Assembly: GCA_034780895.1 (NCBI GenBank)
Contig: JAUZTB010000064.1
Location: 54,197,657-54,261,656, forward strand
Source of the DNA: Rhynchobatus australiae
Lineage: Eukaryota
Reading direction: 5' to 3'
DNA: 64,000 nt
Under the pieces are notes generated by a model. The model ran no database searches. It was given only the letters and a program-made list of their open reading frames with translations, and was not told the origin of the DNA. The position numbers were made by a program, and so were the translations under genes. This document shows positions 1 through 11,960 of the stretch, in pieces (the stretch's first letter is position 1; the number at the start of each line of letters is the position of its first letter).

Positions 1-3000
1 ATTGCTCTAGAAAACCTCCTTGATTATAGCAATGCCCTTATTACTATATTGAAGCCCAGGAGCAGGCACAAAATTGGACAGTAACTACTTACTGTGCATA
101 TTAGCTATATGCAGGTTATCCCTACCAAGTCTACATATAATGTGCCCAAACTGCTCCAGAACTTAAATGGCTGCACTGCATAAACCCTGGCTGACATAAT
201 CATTATCACCATCATATGATCAATCTTTTTAAAGGAATATACACACATATACAGCCCACTTTTTAAAAAAAAGATGTTAATCTTTATTTTAAAGGAAATG
301 CAGTAGTAATATTCCCAGTTAATAATACATATAAACTCAAAGTTTATATCCAATTACTTTTTGACTCTTAATATTTACCTTCTAAAGGGTTCAGTCTCAA
401 CAGATCATCATGTCCTTTGAAAATTCTGAGTGAAACTTGTATTGCAAAAGCCTTGTGGATCTGCTGTGACTCGAGCTGAGCATCTCCTCTGCTACACCCA
501 TTCTCAATACTTCTCTCAGGTTCAGCCTCTGGTGCTTCTATTTGCTCAGAATCTGGCACCATATATATTCAATCCAAACCTACTTTTAGATTACATGGAA
601 CTGAAATCTGTACGCTGTCCAGCCTGGAAGTAAAAAATTTAGCTCCTTGTGGCACAAGTTCAAATAATTTTGTCAATTTCCCAGTGTTGATCAGATTGTT
701 TCTGTGGTGATCTGCAACCTCTGTCATTCTAAACGTTCTCATCCATCTACCCTTTCTTCTTGGGCTGAGGTGTGGGGTGACATGTCTTCACATGCTGGCT
801 TATATTGCTTCTGCTGGATAATGTTGTCTGGATTCAGGTGAACCAAACTCAACCTTGTCCTGAGCATCATAGACATCAACAACTCAGCGGGCATCAACTG
901 AGCTGTTAAATGCAGTGCTGTTCTGTACTTGAACAAGAAAGATGCAACCCATTGATTTAAATTTGAGTCTATAGATCCCACTACGACTTGAGCATTTAAG
1001 GCTTCCATTGGTAGGCGAATAGCTGGCTGTGCTGTTCCATTAGAGCAGGAATGATAAGGTAGCAATAGTTTGTGTTTAATTCTATTGCATTGAAAAAAGT
1101 GTTCAAAAAAATACAGCATGAATCATGGCCATTGTCAGATACTAAATGTTCAGGAAGCCCTTGCATAGCAAAATATGTTTCTGAGGCCATCCTTCAATTT
1201 GCAAATTGTCGTCTCGTGGGTTTCACCTCAAGCCATGTCAAATGCACACCTAGAAGCACTAAGGAACGCCTTGCTGGAAGAAATCAACAGGTACCCTGAA
1301 AGGGCCATGTCCAGGATTAAAAAGGTACTTTCAGTGATTACATCCAACATTGCTGACAAACAGTACAATCAACTGCTAATTCCTCAAGATGATTATTTAT
1401 ATTGGGCCAACAGATAAATCCAATGGTACATGGTGTTATTTCCATCTATGCTGATGTGGCCTGAATTCATCTCATCCATTAAACATTTGGAGGATTACAA
1501 CTCCATGACACCTCTTGGCCTGGTACTCAAATAAATTAAAGCCCCAAATGAAATAGGGGTCAAACTCTTGATTGGAGTAATGATCACTAATTATCAATGC
1601 CCTCTAATATTTGTTTGTACACTTATCTGAGGATCTTGTCTTTCTTAGTAACCATAATAATATATACAGGAAAGTAGTCATATTAATTGAATGTTGAAGA
1701 TTGAACCCTCTGAGGGTTCAATCATGACGAGGCATCTACAATGGCATTGCATTTTGACAATACTCCAACAGCGTGGTCACACTAAGATAGAGATATTGCT
1801 CAGCATTGCACACTTGTTATTGCATTTCTTCCTGGATGGTATGGCCCACTTGGACCCAAGGATGGTTAATAGTATTTTGGTGAATGACCAAAAGAAAAAT
1901 TCTTCCAAATCACAATAGAAACAGTTTGTACCACACTCTATTTGCACATAATTATGCTTAGTGACGTTTATTGTTCTCAATTTATATGCCATTGCTCTCC
2001 AAACCACCATCCAGTGAACAGCTAATTACAAACTCAGCTCCATAGTTTGATGCATCACATGCCAGCTTTAGGATCCTGTTAATAGCTGAGTACAAGCAAA
2101 GAGACACTACTCTATTCTTTTTGCACAAGCTTTTTTAGTTGGATTTCTGTCCAAGACCATTTGTTATCTTTTTTTTTAAGAATATAGTGGAGTCGCTGCA
2201 ATACAATGGCTAAATCTTCATGATCTTGCTAAAAACAATGCTAAAATAGAATGCAACTCCACACCTTTCTCAATTTCTTTGCCCTCATCATTGCCTCCAT
2301 TTTCTGCTTCAGGTTTTGTCATATTTCTTCTGTCCCAATAGTGAACAAATATATCTATAGGCATATACATATTGAGGAGTCAATCATTGTTTGTATAAAT
2401 ATTGTGGTTAATTTCCAGATCACTTGTGTCAAGTGGCTGTCTGATGAGCAACATCTCAGCTGTTGCTGTAATTGAAACCGGTCATTATCTATACAGCTGC
2501 ACCTTGTGATGTCAAAACCCATCACAGCTTGTAAGTACCAATACATTCAATGGAAGTAATTTGAAGCTGGTTCTTGCTTACATCAGTGATTCTTATATTA
2601 ACCATATACCATCTGACCATATCTCTCTACACCCAGACACTTGTGGTGACTGCTATTGAGACTTATTCTGTCTCATGGCTCCAGATGCTGGTGGAACATT
2701 TTACCTCAGTTTCTTAATTCTCATTCTCCAGACANNNNNNNNNNNNNNNNNNNNNNNNNNNNNNNNNNNNNNNNNNNNNNNAAAAAGTAAACATTAGTGT
2801 AATATGTTCTATTGTAATGGTAACGTGGTCCTCTGGTGCCTCTTTGGGTCATGCAATGGTTGATCTATTTTGAAGAGGTGTCTGGACGTGCAGTTAACTG
2901 CTACAGGTCATATTCTTTCAGTGCTAATGCCGAACAAAACTCTCTGGCATTCCTTGCCTCTAGTTCCATGGATTCTGCTACTCACACATTGCATCAAACA

Positions 3001-3476
3001 TAACGTTATCTCACGTTGAGAAATTTTGAATGAATCTTTCTCATAAATCTTGTAAATTATTCAGAAATATGCTATGACTTAAGCATTCTCTGTAGCCATT
3101 TGGTACCACTGACACCACCTTCCCTTCTCCTCGAACTAAAATAGTGAACTCTGTGAATTTCTCCTTTCATGCATTGTTTGTAGGCCTGAACTCCACTAAT
3201 TCAATCGTCATGATAGATGCTGAACTCGCACTGCTCCTCATTCACTCTGAGGTGAGCCAATCTATACTCTCCCTCCCACCAATGCTGGTGCACTGTACCT
3301 GTGTCTCAAATATTAAGTGATGATACACAATGCTCCTTTCAGTCTCCCTATGCACTCACTGCCAACCTAGGCTCCTCATAGCTGTAATTCCACACTCCGC
3401 GGTAAGCTGGCTACCACAGAATTGCCATTGTCCTCATCACCACTGCAATGTTCTTGTACCATACTGAAGCTTGAGG
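1..3476 (-). mobile_element. Decayed Ty3/Gypsy LTR retrotransposon (Mag/K02A2.6-like): gag, RT, RNase H, integrase
   Basis: Minus-strand translations give integrase core (FAMQGLPEHLVSDNG; PYHSCSNG; FLFKYRT...PAELL...LRTRLSL, 739-1190), an integrase Zn-finger-like region (~1440-1520), RNase H motifs (LKLACDASNY ~2045-2075; AYKLRTI...NYVQIE), RT-like remnants at ~2250-2550 and gag-like remnants at ~2800-3300. PBS-like TGGTGATGAGGA at 3442-3431. Purine-rich tract followed by TG at 253 (putative 3' LTR start). Many stops and frameshifts. Confidence 0.8.
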
Positions 3477-3570
3477 NNNNNNNNNNNNNNNNNNTACTAA
3501 TTGTACATGTGAAGCACATGGAGAGATGCAAATCAACTCGCTTTAAGAGTTTTTATGGATCAAAGAGCCT

Positions 3571-3640
3571 TTATGGATGGGCAATAAATATTGGCCATGC
3601 TGGTGATATCCAGATCCTAAAAAAATTTAGTAAATACAAA
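3571..3640 (+). mobile_element. 3' tail fragment of an old chondrichthyan SINE/LINE family
   Basis: ATGGGCAATAAATATTGGCCATGCTGGTGATATCCAGATCC resembles the recalled family tail. A related tail occurs at ~38625-38670. Confidence 0.4.
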
Positions 3641-5630
3641 ATTTAAACAAGTTTACATGTGTATCATTTAGTCTACTCAAGAACCAAGGGGACTGCCCTT
3701 CCAAATGTAAGACAACATCATCTCACTTGATCAGCTCTCTGAAAAGAAAAGTTCACAAACACCATAAACATACTCAAGAAATTCATTACTTTTCTGACAT
3801 GAGTTATTCCTTCTTTGCGTTACAAAGTAAAGACAGGATCAGTAACAAAAACGATGGAGATTGCCAATGACTGCTGTTATAATTCCACAATGGTACAATG
3901 GGAACTTCACATAATATTCTAAGTGCAATATAAATAAATTCTTGTAAAAGTCTAACATCAGTNNNNNNNNNNCCTTTCATTTATATCAAAGCCCTCTATA
4001 AGATCTAAAACTCTGCTCACCTTTCTACGGGGGATTGTCTCATGTGCAAAAATAGGCAATAGCTAATGGAACATATTATCGACAGTACTGGTTAGTGAAA
4101 AGAAAGATGGCCCAGAAGCAGTCCAGGAATTGTGGTGGACAGTGATTGCAAATAAAAAGGCAAGATAAGCAGTCACAGTAAGCAGATTTGTAAAATGGTT
4201 TTCTTTGAAAAAGAGGGTGTGATTTTGAATAACCCAGTTCTGCTCTGTGGAGCATTCAACTGAGTGACACATTAATCATAGAGCCCTCAGTCATTTAGCA
4301 GGGGAGGTTTGAAATCAATCCTAAAAACATGAAGTGTCAGCCTGCAGCCACAAGGGAAAATGAAGAGCAGTGATTTTGTGTCTCAGGAGGAACACTTCAG
4401 GTGGCGCACACACTGCTGCATTGAAAAGAGAGCTAACACCAAGCAAATGATTTAATGTGGCTTCAGAATAAAGCCTGGGAAGAGGTCAGATGCTGTCCCT
4501 GTTAGTAGGAACATGAAGACGCAATCTACAAAATAAGACCACCAATTTGTACTAATATAACATCTTTATTGCTGTAAAACTCATCCTAATAGGGTTTACA
4601 GCACTCCCAGAGGAGTGATCCACCAGGCACGGCCACATACAATCCAGGAGAAAAAAAGGACAGAATTTTAATCATACAGTGCATGCTTTTTTATATGCTA
4701 GGAATCCCAATTTGTGCACAATTTTGATCACAATTCATGTTCAGCACATTAAACCATGCCTTGTGCCATTTATAACAAAGAGTCATGCCTGAAGCACGTG
4801 ACCAAAGGATATATATAATACACTGTGCTAATATTTGTCCTGCCTCATTGGATCTTGCACAGGAAATGAAGTCTGAACATTAGGCAGTAAACCTCTTTTT
4901 TTTCTACTTAAGGAACTCCTTAATTGCACACAATTGATTTGCAAGAGCTCTTTTGTAAGCTGAGAAACGATGCTCTGGAGCTATTAAAATTGCAGATATT
5001 TTGCCATTCAGTGAAGTGACTTTTGATTAAGTGTGGGGACTTCAGCACTGGTCCTTCTGGGCCTCCATGTGAAGGGAGACTGAAGAATAAGGGGAGAAAG
5101 ACTTTGGGTAGGAGGACTAATCTATCAAAACTATTCCAAGAGCAACACTTCCTCCTCCTTCCATATGTGCATCCAGAGGCTAAGATTTTCAAATTAAGTG
5201 TTCTCTAAGATCTGTCACCTGCAAGAGCACATTTTCAGCCATGCACATGCCTGCATTGAAGATCACAGTGACTCTAGATCACTCTAGGAACAAAATAACC
5301 TATGGCACATATTCCAGTTTACCACCCATCACTGCAGACAGAACATTGGAGCCACTCTCTACTCAAAGAGATGGGAATTCATCTCCGAGCTGAATAGGGA
5401 ACATAGGGCAGGATGGGACTGCATATTTGTGGAGAACATAGACTTCTCCATGGTTCAAGTAATAGACTCCACTTAAAATATCACATGCAAGACCCTGGTC
5501 TGATTCACAACAGAGCGTGCATTCACTCCCTTCAGGTGCAACTGATCTAACAAAACAGGCAGAGCTCATGGCGGTCAAAGCCATGCATCCAAGAAACTTG
5601 CATCACTTTTTCTTTCATCTTGAGGCATTT

Positions 5631-5925
5631 GATAGATATCTTTATTAGTCACATGTACATCAAAACACATAGTGAAATACATCTTTTGCATAGAGTGTTC
5701 TGGGGGCAGCCTGCAAGTGTTGCCACACTTCTGGCGCCAATGTAGCATGCCCACAACTTCCTAACCTGTACGTCTTTGGAATGTGGGAGGAAATCGGAGA
5801 ACCCAGAGGAAACCCATGCAAACACCGGGAGAACATACAAACTCCTTACAGACAGTGGCAGGAATTGAACCCGGGTTGCTGGCGCTGTAATAAAGTTATG
5901 CTAACCACTACACTACCAAGCCTGC
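5631..5925 (-). mobile_element. tRNA-derived V-SINE with Rex1/Babar-like tail
   Basis: Minus strand shows an A-box-like head, B box GGTTCAATTCC, a V-domain (GGGTTTCCTCTGGGTTCTCCGATTTCCTCCCACATTCCAAAGAC) and the tail GTACATGTGACTAATAAA. Near-identical copies at 10635-10946 and 46186-46465. Confidence 0.9.
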
Positions 5926-6109
5926 TGTACCAGATGGACTGCTACCTCTAAGCAAGGCAAGAACTGCCTCTGTTTTCACATCTCATGGAATCACTAGGAC
6001 TTCATGGAAATTCCCAATGGGTCCTCAAATAGAGATTTCATAGCCAGGACTGCTCATGGGGTACCCTGCAGTTTACTTTCAATAGTGTATCCTCCTTCTA
6101 GTTTTCTTG

Positions 6110-6212
6110 CAATAAAAACAGGGAATGCCGGAAATACTAAACAAGCCAGACACTATCTGTGGAGTGTGAAAACAGAGTTAACATTTCAGGTCAATGACCT
6201 CTCATCAGAACC
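6110..6212 (-). mobile_element. Penelope-like element pLTR fragment
   Basis: Similar to the pLTR-type repeats at 29121-29203 and 60823-60925. Contains a hammerhead core. Confidence 0.7.
6177..6211 (-). ncRNA. Minimal type I hammerhead ribozyme motif (Penelope-associated)
   Basis: Minus strand reads gtt-CTGATGA-g-aggtc-att-gacct-GAAA-tg-tt-aac: stem I (gtt/aac), intact core, perfect 5-bp stem II, loopless stem III. Confidence 0.65.
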
Positions 6213-6261
6213 TGCCACCAAGCACCCTATACATCCACTGCAGGCAAGCATTGATCGAAAG

Positions 6262-6795
6262 ATCACAAGATACGGGAGCAGAAGTAGGCCATTCAGCCCA
6301 TCGAGTCTGCTCCAGGGAAAGGGGATGCGAAAGCAGAAGGGGGGGTGAGAGGAGAGAGTCGAGAAAAGAAATTTCAATTTAACCCCAATTTCCTGCCTTA
6401 TCCCCATATCCCTTGATACCTTGACTAATTAGATATCTGTCTATCTCCTCTTTANNNNNNNNNNNNNNNNNNNNNNNNNNNNNNNNNNNNNNNNNNNNNN
6501 NNNNNNNNNNNNNNNNNNNNNNNNNNNNNNNNNNNNNNNNNNNNNNNNNNNNNNACTACCCTCTGGCTGAAAAAATTTCTCCTCATCTCAGTTCTAAACC
6601 TGTACCCTCTAATTCTAAGATTGTGCCCTCTTGTCCTGGACTCACCCACCAAGGGAAACAGCTTAGCTGCATCTATTCTGTCTATTCATTTCAACATTTT
6701 AAATGTGTCTATGAGTTCCCCTCTCATCCTTCTGTATTCCAGTGTACAGACCAAGAGCCGACAAACGATCATCGTATGTAAGCCCTTTCATTCAA
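6262..6795 (-). mobile_element. CR1 LINE 3' fragment
   Basis: ORF2 C-terminus ESRTRGHNLRIRGYRFRTEMRRNFFSQRV plus CR1 3' tail; interrupted by an N gap. Confidence 0.9.
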
Positions 6796-7419
6796 TGCCT
6801 GTAGTGAATGTCATGTGTCAACCATATGGATCAACTTCCATTTCTATCATCCAGTAGTACAAGGACAGTTTCACATTTTATTTAACTGCAACGTGAACCC
6901 CATGTTGCACAACAACTAAATTTGGAAATAGGTTTCTCTATTTGTATGTGTTCAACCATACACATTGTTTGGGATGTCACATTACAATGTGGGAATTTCT
7001 TCAGCATAAGCAGAGTAGGAAGGAAGTCAGTTCCCTGTCAACTGCCTGTGGCTTTGACAAAGGATTTGTTGAAGTAGCCTTTTGTGCACTGGGAGCTATG
7101 AATGTTTGATAAGAGTGGTAATTGGCAGTGTTTGTTGTTAGATTAGTACTGGAGCTGTGAGTGTAGGTGTGCCATTTCTGGGAGAAGAATCTTGATATGT
7201 TTACTAACCTTAACCAAATGTGTGAGGTCATTAAACTTCTTCTGGCTCTAGGACCAGGTCCTGGCGGCATCAGTCCTGACATTTGCCTTCCTGGCAACCT
7301 CCTTCCATTGCCACTTTACACCATTCCTCCAGTCATACACAAACTCTTACTGTTGAATTCAGGCCAGTTCTCTTTCAGCAAAGCCAACCTTGGAGAAGTT
7401 CTCCTCTGTTTTCTGATGA

Positions 7420-9345
7420 AATAGCCATCTGTCCTTTTTGCCTTGTTCACTCACAGCTGTTTCTTTTTCTCTTTCAATCTTCAATAAGGCATCAAACAAA
7501 ACTTATTCCCACAGCCCCATCTCTTTCCAAAGCAAATGTGTCCAGTTCCAATTCATCCCACATGGATTACTACTCAAATTATATCCTTCACAATTTCGAC
7601 CCTGCCAGATCCTGCCAGTATGTTCAAACTATCCACAGTTTCTTGAGGCATCCTGAAACCCATGCAGTAACACAAGCTTGCTCTTGACCTCCCTCTGCAA
7701 TGATACCCATTCACACTCTCTCAAAAGTCTTGTGGTCCACAGTTCCAGTTTGTTCTCTGCCACATTCAGTGCTGCAACAGATGACATTTTCCTACCTTTC
7801 AAGCGTCAAAGACCACAAACGTCAACAGCTTTTGGATTCCAATATCCCTTCTGACCTTTCTCCCATTCTCTTTCTGCTGACCATATCCTCCCCCCAGTTC
7901 CACATTTTCACTTTTCTTTCTGATTTTCCCCTCTCTGATCCCAAACAATCAGTTCTTAGCAGAGACCTCCCTGTACATCCCAATCTTAACGAATTCCAAG
8001 CCCATTTGGCGTTGAACTCATCTCCTGCCATCTCCAACTCCATGCCCATTTCTTTGGCCGAGAGTTCTTCATCCTCCCTCTGGCCTCTTACCTCTCTTGA
8101 TCTATTCATTAATAACTGCCAACAGGACTTTGACCACCTTGATTTTTTACAGTCTCCTCACTCACACTAACCAACACCTCTCTGAAGTTACAGCACACTG
8201 CTCATTAAGAACCAAATCCTGATATCACCATCAAACCTGCCAACAAGGTGGTAGTGTTGTGACCTGATAAAGTGACCTCTATCTCGCACAGCAAATCACC
8301 TCTTAGACAACAACTCATACCTCCCTTGAACCAAGACCTCACCAGGGAATATCAGACATTTGCCTCCCACACATTGAGGGACCTCAGTTCCATGATCTTC
8401 CCTCCACAGCTTCCAACATTGTAATGCCCCAGCCTCCCACAGCCTGTTGTTACCTTTTCCCTAAGGTCTACAAGCCGGATTGTCCAGGCAGACCCATTGT
8501 TTCAGCCTGCTCTTGTCCCACCAATCTGATTTCTTCCTAACCTTGACTCCACCCTCACTTCCCTGGTCCAGTACTTTCCCCACTTAAAGCCACAACTCTT
8601 TAGATGCCCTCCACCACTTTGACAGTTGCCAAGTTATTTGTCCCAACTGGTTCATTGTCACTTTGTATGTACAGTATCTGTGTCCCACGACTGGAAGGTC
8701 TGAGGGCTCTCTGCTTCTTCCTTCAAAAAGATGTCCATATTGTTCCCATCCCCTAACATGCTTTCATTTGGATGAACTTGTTCTCTATTGTGAAAAAAAA
8801 ACTTCTCCTTNNNNNNNNNNNNNNNNNNNNNNNNNNNNATCTTAGGCATTCACATGGGTCCAAGCCATGCCAGTCTTTTAGTGGGAGACATGGAACCGTC
8901 CTGCTTGGGCCCACTCCCTCAACTCCTGTTCTTCAATCAACTGCATTGGTGCTGCTTCCTGCAATCCTATAGAACACAAAAATGTCACTACTTTTGCTGC
9001 CAATTTCCACACTGCTTTCGCCTTTACAGGGTCCATCTCTGACTCTTCCCTTCCTTTTCTGGATCTCTGTCTCCTAGCCATGAATATCATTCATAAGCCC
9101 ACAGACTTCCACAGCTACCTTGATTATACTTCCTCCCTTCCTGCCTTCTGCAAGGACCCCATTCCTTCTCCTCGTTCCTCCGTCTCTTCAATATTTGCTT
9201 CATGATGACACAGGTACTTCTTAAGTATCTTCCTTATTCCTGAACCATGGCTTCCCCTCTACATAGTGGGCAGAGATCTTGACCAAATCTCATCTATTTC
9301 CCACACCTCTGCTCTCAGCCCCTCTCCTCGAGGAGGGAGCAAGAG
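7420..9345 (+). mobile_element. Decayed Penelope-like element ORF (reverse transcriptase), GIY-YIG end absent
   Basis: Frameshifted motifs: DITIKPANK(GG)..VV (8221), YLFPKVYKPDCPGRPIVSACSCPT (8451-8522), MGPSHASL (~8854), LPFLDL (~9050), HKPTDFHSYLDYTSS (~9092). These match Penelope/Poseidon-type RT motifs. Confidence 0.85.
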
Positions 9346-10634
9346 TGGAGCATGATTGATTTACAGCTGGTGTGAGAGACTCTTGAAGTTACTCNNNNNN
9401 NNNNNNNNNNNNNNNNNNNNNNNNNNNNNNNNNNNNNNNNNNNNNNNNNNNNNNNNNNNNNNNNNNNNNNNNNNNNNNNNNNNNNNNNNNNNNNNNNNNN
9501 NNNNNNNNNNNNNNNNNNNNNNNNNNNNNNNNNNNNNNNNNNNNNNNNNGTAGTTCAAGAAAAAAGTGCAAGGTAAGCAATCCACAAATGGCAGACATCA
9601 ACTAAACATTTATGTTGACTGCTCTGCATATGCTACATATCCCTGGCACTGAAGCGAGGCTGAAAAATATTGAAGCTGTGATGGAATCAAAGAATTTTAG
9701 TCACTTTTTATTGGATTAGCCCAAGTCTTTCAACTGAAAGAGAAAACAAACCTCTTCTCAATAAGCCTTTTCTCTGGCAAACCTACCAATGCAGTTCTCC
9801 ACTCATCCTTCACACATCTAGAACATGTAAACAATAATGAAACATTAGTCAGGTTTGCTGTTGAGAATTTGTCATAAATGTTAATATTTCTGCATAATAG
9901 TCTTATATGAACTTTCTTTAAAAATTGGGATATTTTATACATTCTATATTTACTTATACAGCCAGTTATACTGTCTAGACTGCCACATTTTAACCAAATT
10001 AGAATCAAATTATATTCCATGTGGTTAGAAACTATAACCTTCAATCATTTTTAAACTTATTTTCTCTGGCCTTTGTCAGGAAGTAAGCATCCATAGGAAT
10101 CAGTGTGGAAGGAAAATTAATTCAGAAAACAGCTGTTTGAATCTTTTTGTAAGGGGCTTTAAAAGAACAACTTGAACAAATTAAATCAGAAGCATTTTGG
10201 ACCTAGAAATCCAACCATGCAATGCCCATTTTTCAGGTGGTAAATGGCCTCTGAAACCTCAAATAGGGTAGGCAAAAAGTGTATATTCACATCAATTGGA
10301 TATGCATAGTATGCTATATTTGTANNNNNNNNNNNNNNNNNNNNNNNNNNNNNNNNNNNNNNNNNNNNNNNNNNNNNNNNNNNNNNNNNNNNNNNNNNNN
10401 NNNNNNNNNNNNNNNNNNNNNNNNATAAAGGCAATAAATTAAATGAGTAATGACCAAATGTGAAACAAGCATTAGATTTCACTGCCGATTGTATACAAAT
10501 TAGGTACCCAACGCCTGTTGAAAACCTGCACTGCAAAATTGTAGTTGCCTCAGTTAAAACCAGTCAGGATTAGTAGGTCAATACGTGGTCTGAAAGGCTG
10601 TGCTTAAAGCACAGCCAGCAATGCAAGATTTTAT

Positions 10635-10660
10635 ATGATGATGATGATGATGATGATGAT
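10635..10660. repeat. (ATG)n microsatellite at the SINE tail
   Basis: About 8.5 perfect ATG units directly abut the SINE 3' end. Confidence 0.9.
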
Positions 10661-10946
10661 ATCTTTATTAGTCACATGTACATCGAAACACACAGTGAAA
10701 TGCATCTTTTGCCTAGACTGTTCTGGGGGCAGCCCGCAAGTGTCACCACACTTCCGGCGCCAACATGGCATACCCACAACTTCCTAACCTTTACATCTAT
10801 GGAATGTGGGAGGAAACCAGAGCACCCGGAGGACACCCACACAGACATGGGGAAAACGTACAAACTCCTACAGACTGTGGCCAGAATTGAACCCGGGTCG
10901 CTGGCACTGTAGAGCACTATGCCAACCACTACACTACCCTGCCTGC
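10635..10946 (-). mobile_element. tRNA-derived V-SINE with Rex1/Babar-like tail and trinucleotide end
   Basis: Aligns by eye over its full length with 5631-5925. Confidence 0.9.
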
Positions 10947-11769
10947 ATTATTTATCATTAAAAATGTGCCTAAATAAGAAATCTGATTTTTTAAAAGATA
11001 ATGACTCAGCCAGTTCATTTGTAAGACATACTTTAGGATCAATGGAAAAACATTGACATCAGTTAATTTTTCTTTACATACAAAAAATGTTGTGAACTGT
11101 AGTGAATGAAAATTTTGTGAACAATTATTCATTTAAGGTATTTCTTTTCAAAATATGACCATAAAAATTATTGCTTCTGATGTTAGTGGGCAAATGCTTG
11201 TAACATCTGAATAACTGCTTTGTTCATNNNNNNNNNNNNNNNNNNNNNNNNNNNNNNNNNNNNNNNNNNNNNNNNNNNNNNNNNNNNNNNNNNNNNNNNN
11301 NNNNNNNNNNNNNNNNNNNNNNNNNNNGATTTAAAAATGCTGCTAAGCCATTTACTTCAGAAAGGGGCTGATAGCTTCATGAAAAATGTGGTCAGGAATG
11401 TTACGTGAAAAAGCTTACAACAGTTCTTTACTCTGTTTTGTTCATGTTAGGAAGTTGGTTGCTCTAACTTAGCACGATCACATTTGAAGTCTAATACTCT
11501 TCTGCCCTAGTTTGGCATTTGTAATTCTAAATATCAAAATCAAAAGAAATAGGAAAGAATTCAGCCTTTAGTACCAGAGTAGCACCAGCACAAACAATGT
11601 TCATACCAGGACCAGGGCAGCATTTAACACTTCACCAATCAATGGAACATTGTTTAAAGCATTATGGAGACTTGTGTAGATGGCAGTGAATGCTTTTGTT
11701 TTTTTCTTCACAGGCAAGGAAGCATTTTTAGCTGTCCTCATGTGAAGTCACGTGGCCTAAGCTTCTATC

Positions 11770-11960
11770 CTCTATCTTCTTACCAAACTTCTTGACTTCA
11801 CACTTCCCTACATTAAATTTCTCAATCATGTATCTGCCTGTTTTAATGATCTGCCTATGTACCGATGAAATCTGTTTTTATTTACCTCATGGTTTGCTAC
11901 TTTCCATAACCTTGTGTCATATGCAAACTTTGGAATTACTATTTGTGTATGTAATTTCAA
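11770..11960 (-). mobile_element. Old CR1-like RT fragment
   Basis: Minus strand resembles CR1 KFAD...KFNVGKCEV motifs; highly decayed. Confidence 0.45.

Noticed and set aside
5860-5925. tRNA-like A/B boxes (also near 10880-10946, 46190-46230 and 52304-52370)
   Set aside because: These are SINE heads attached to V-domains, not tRNA genes.
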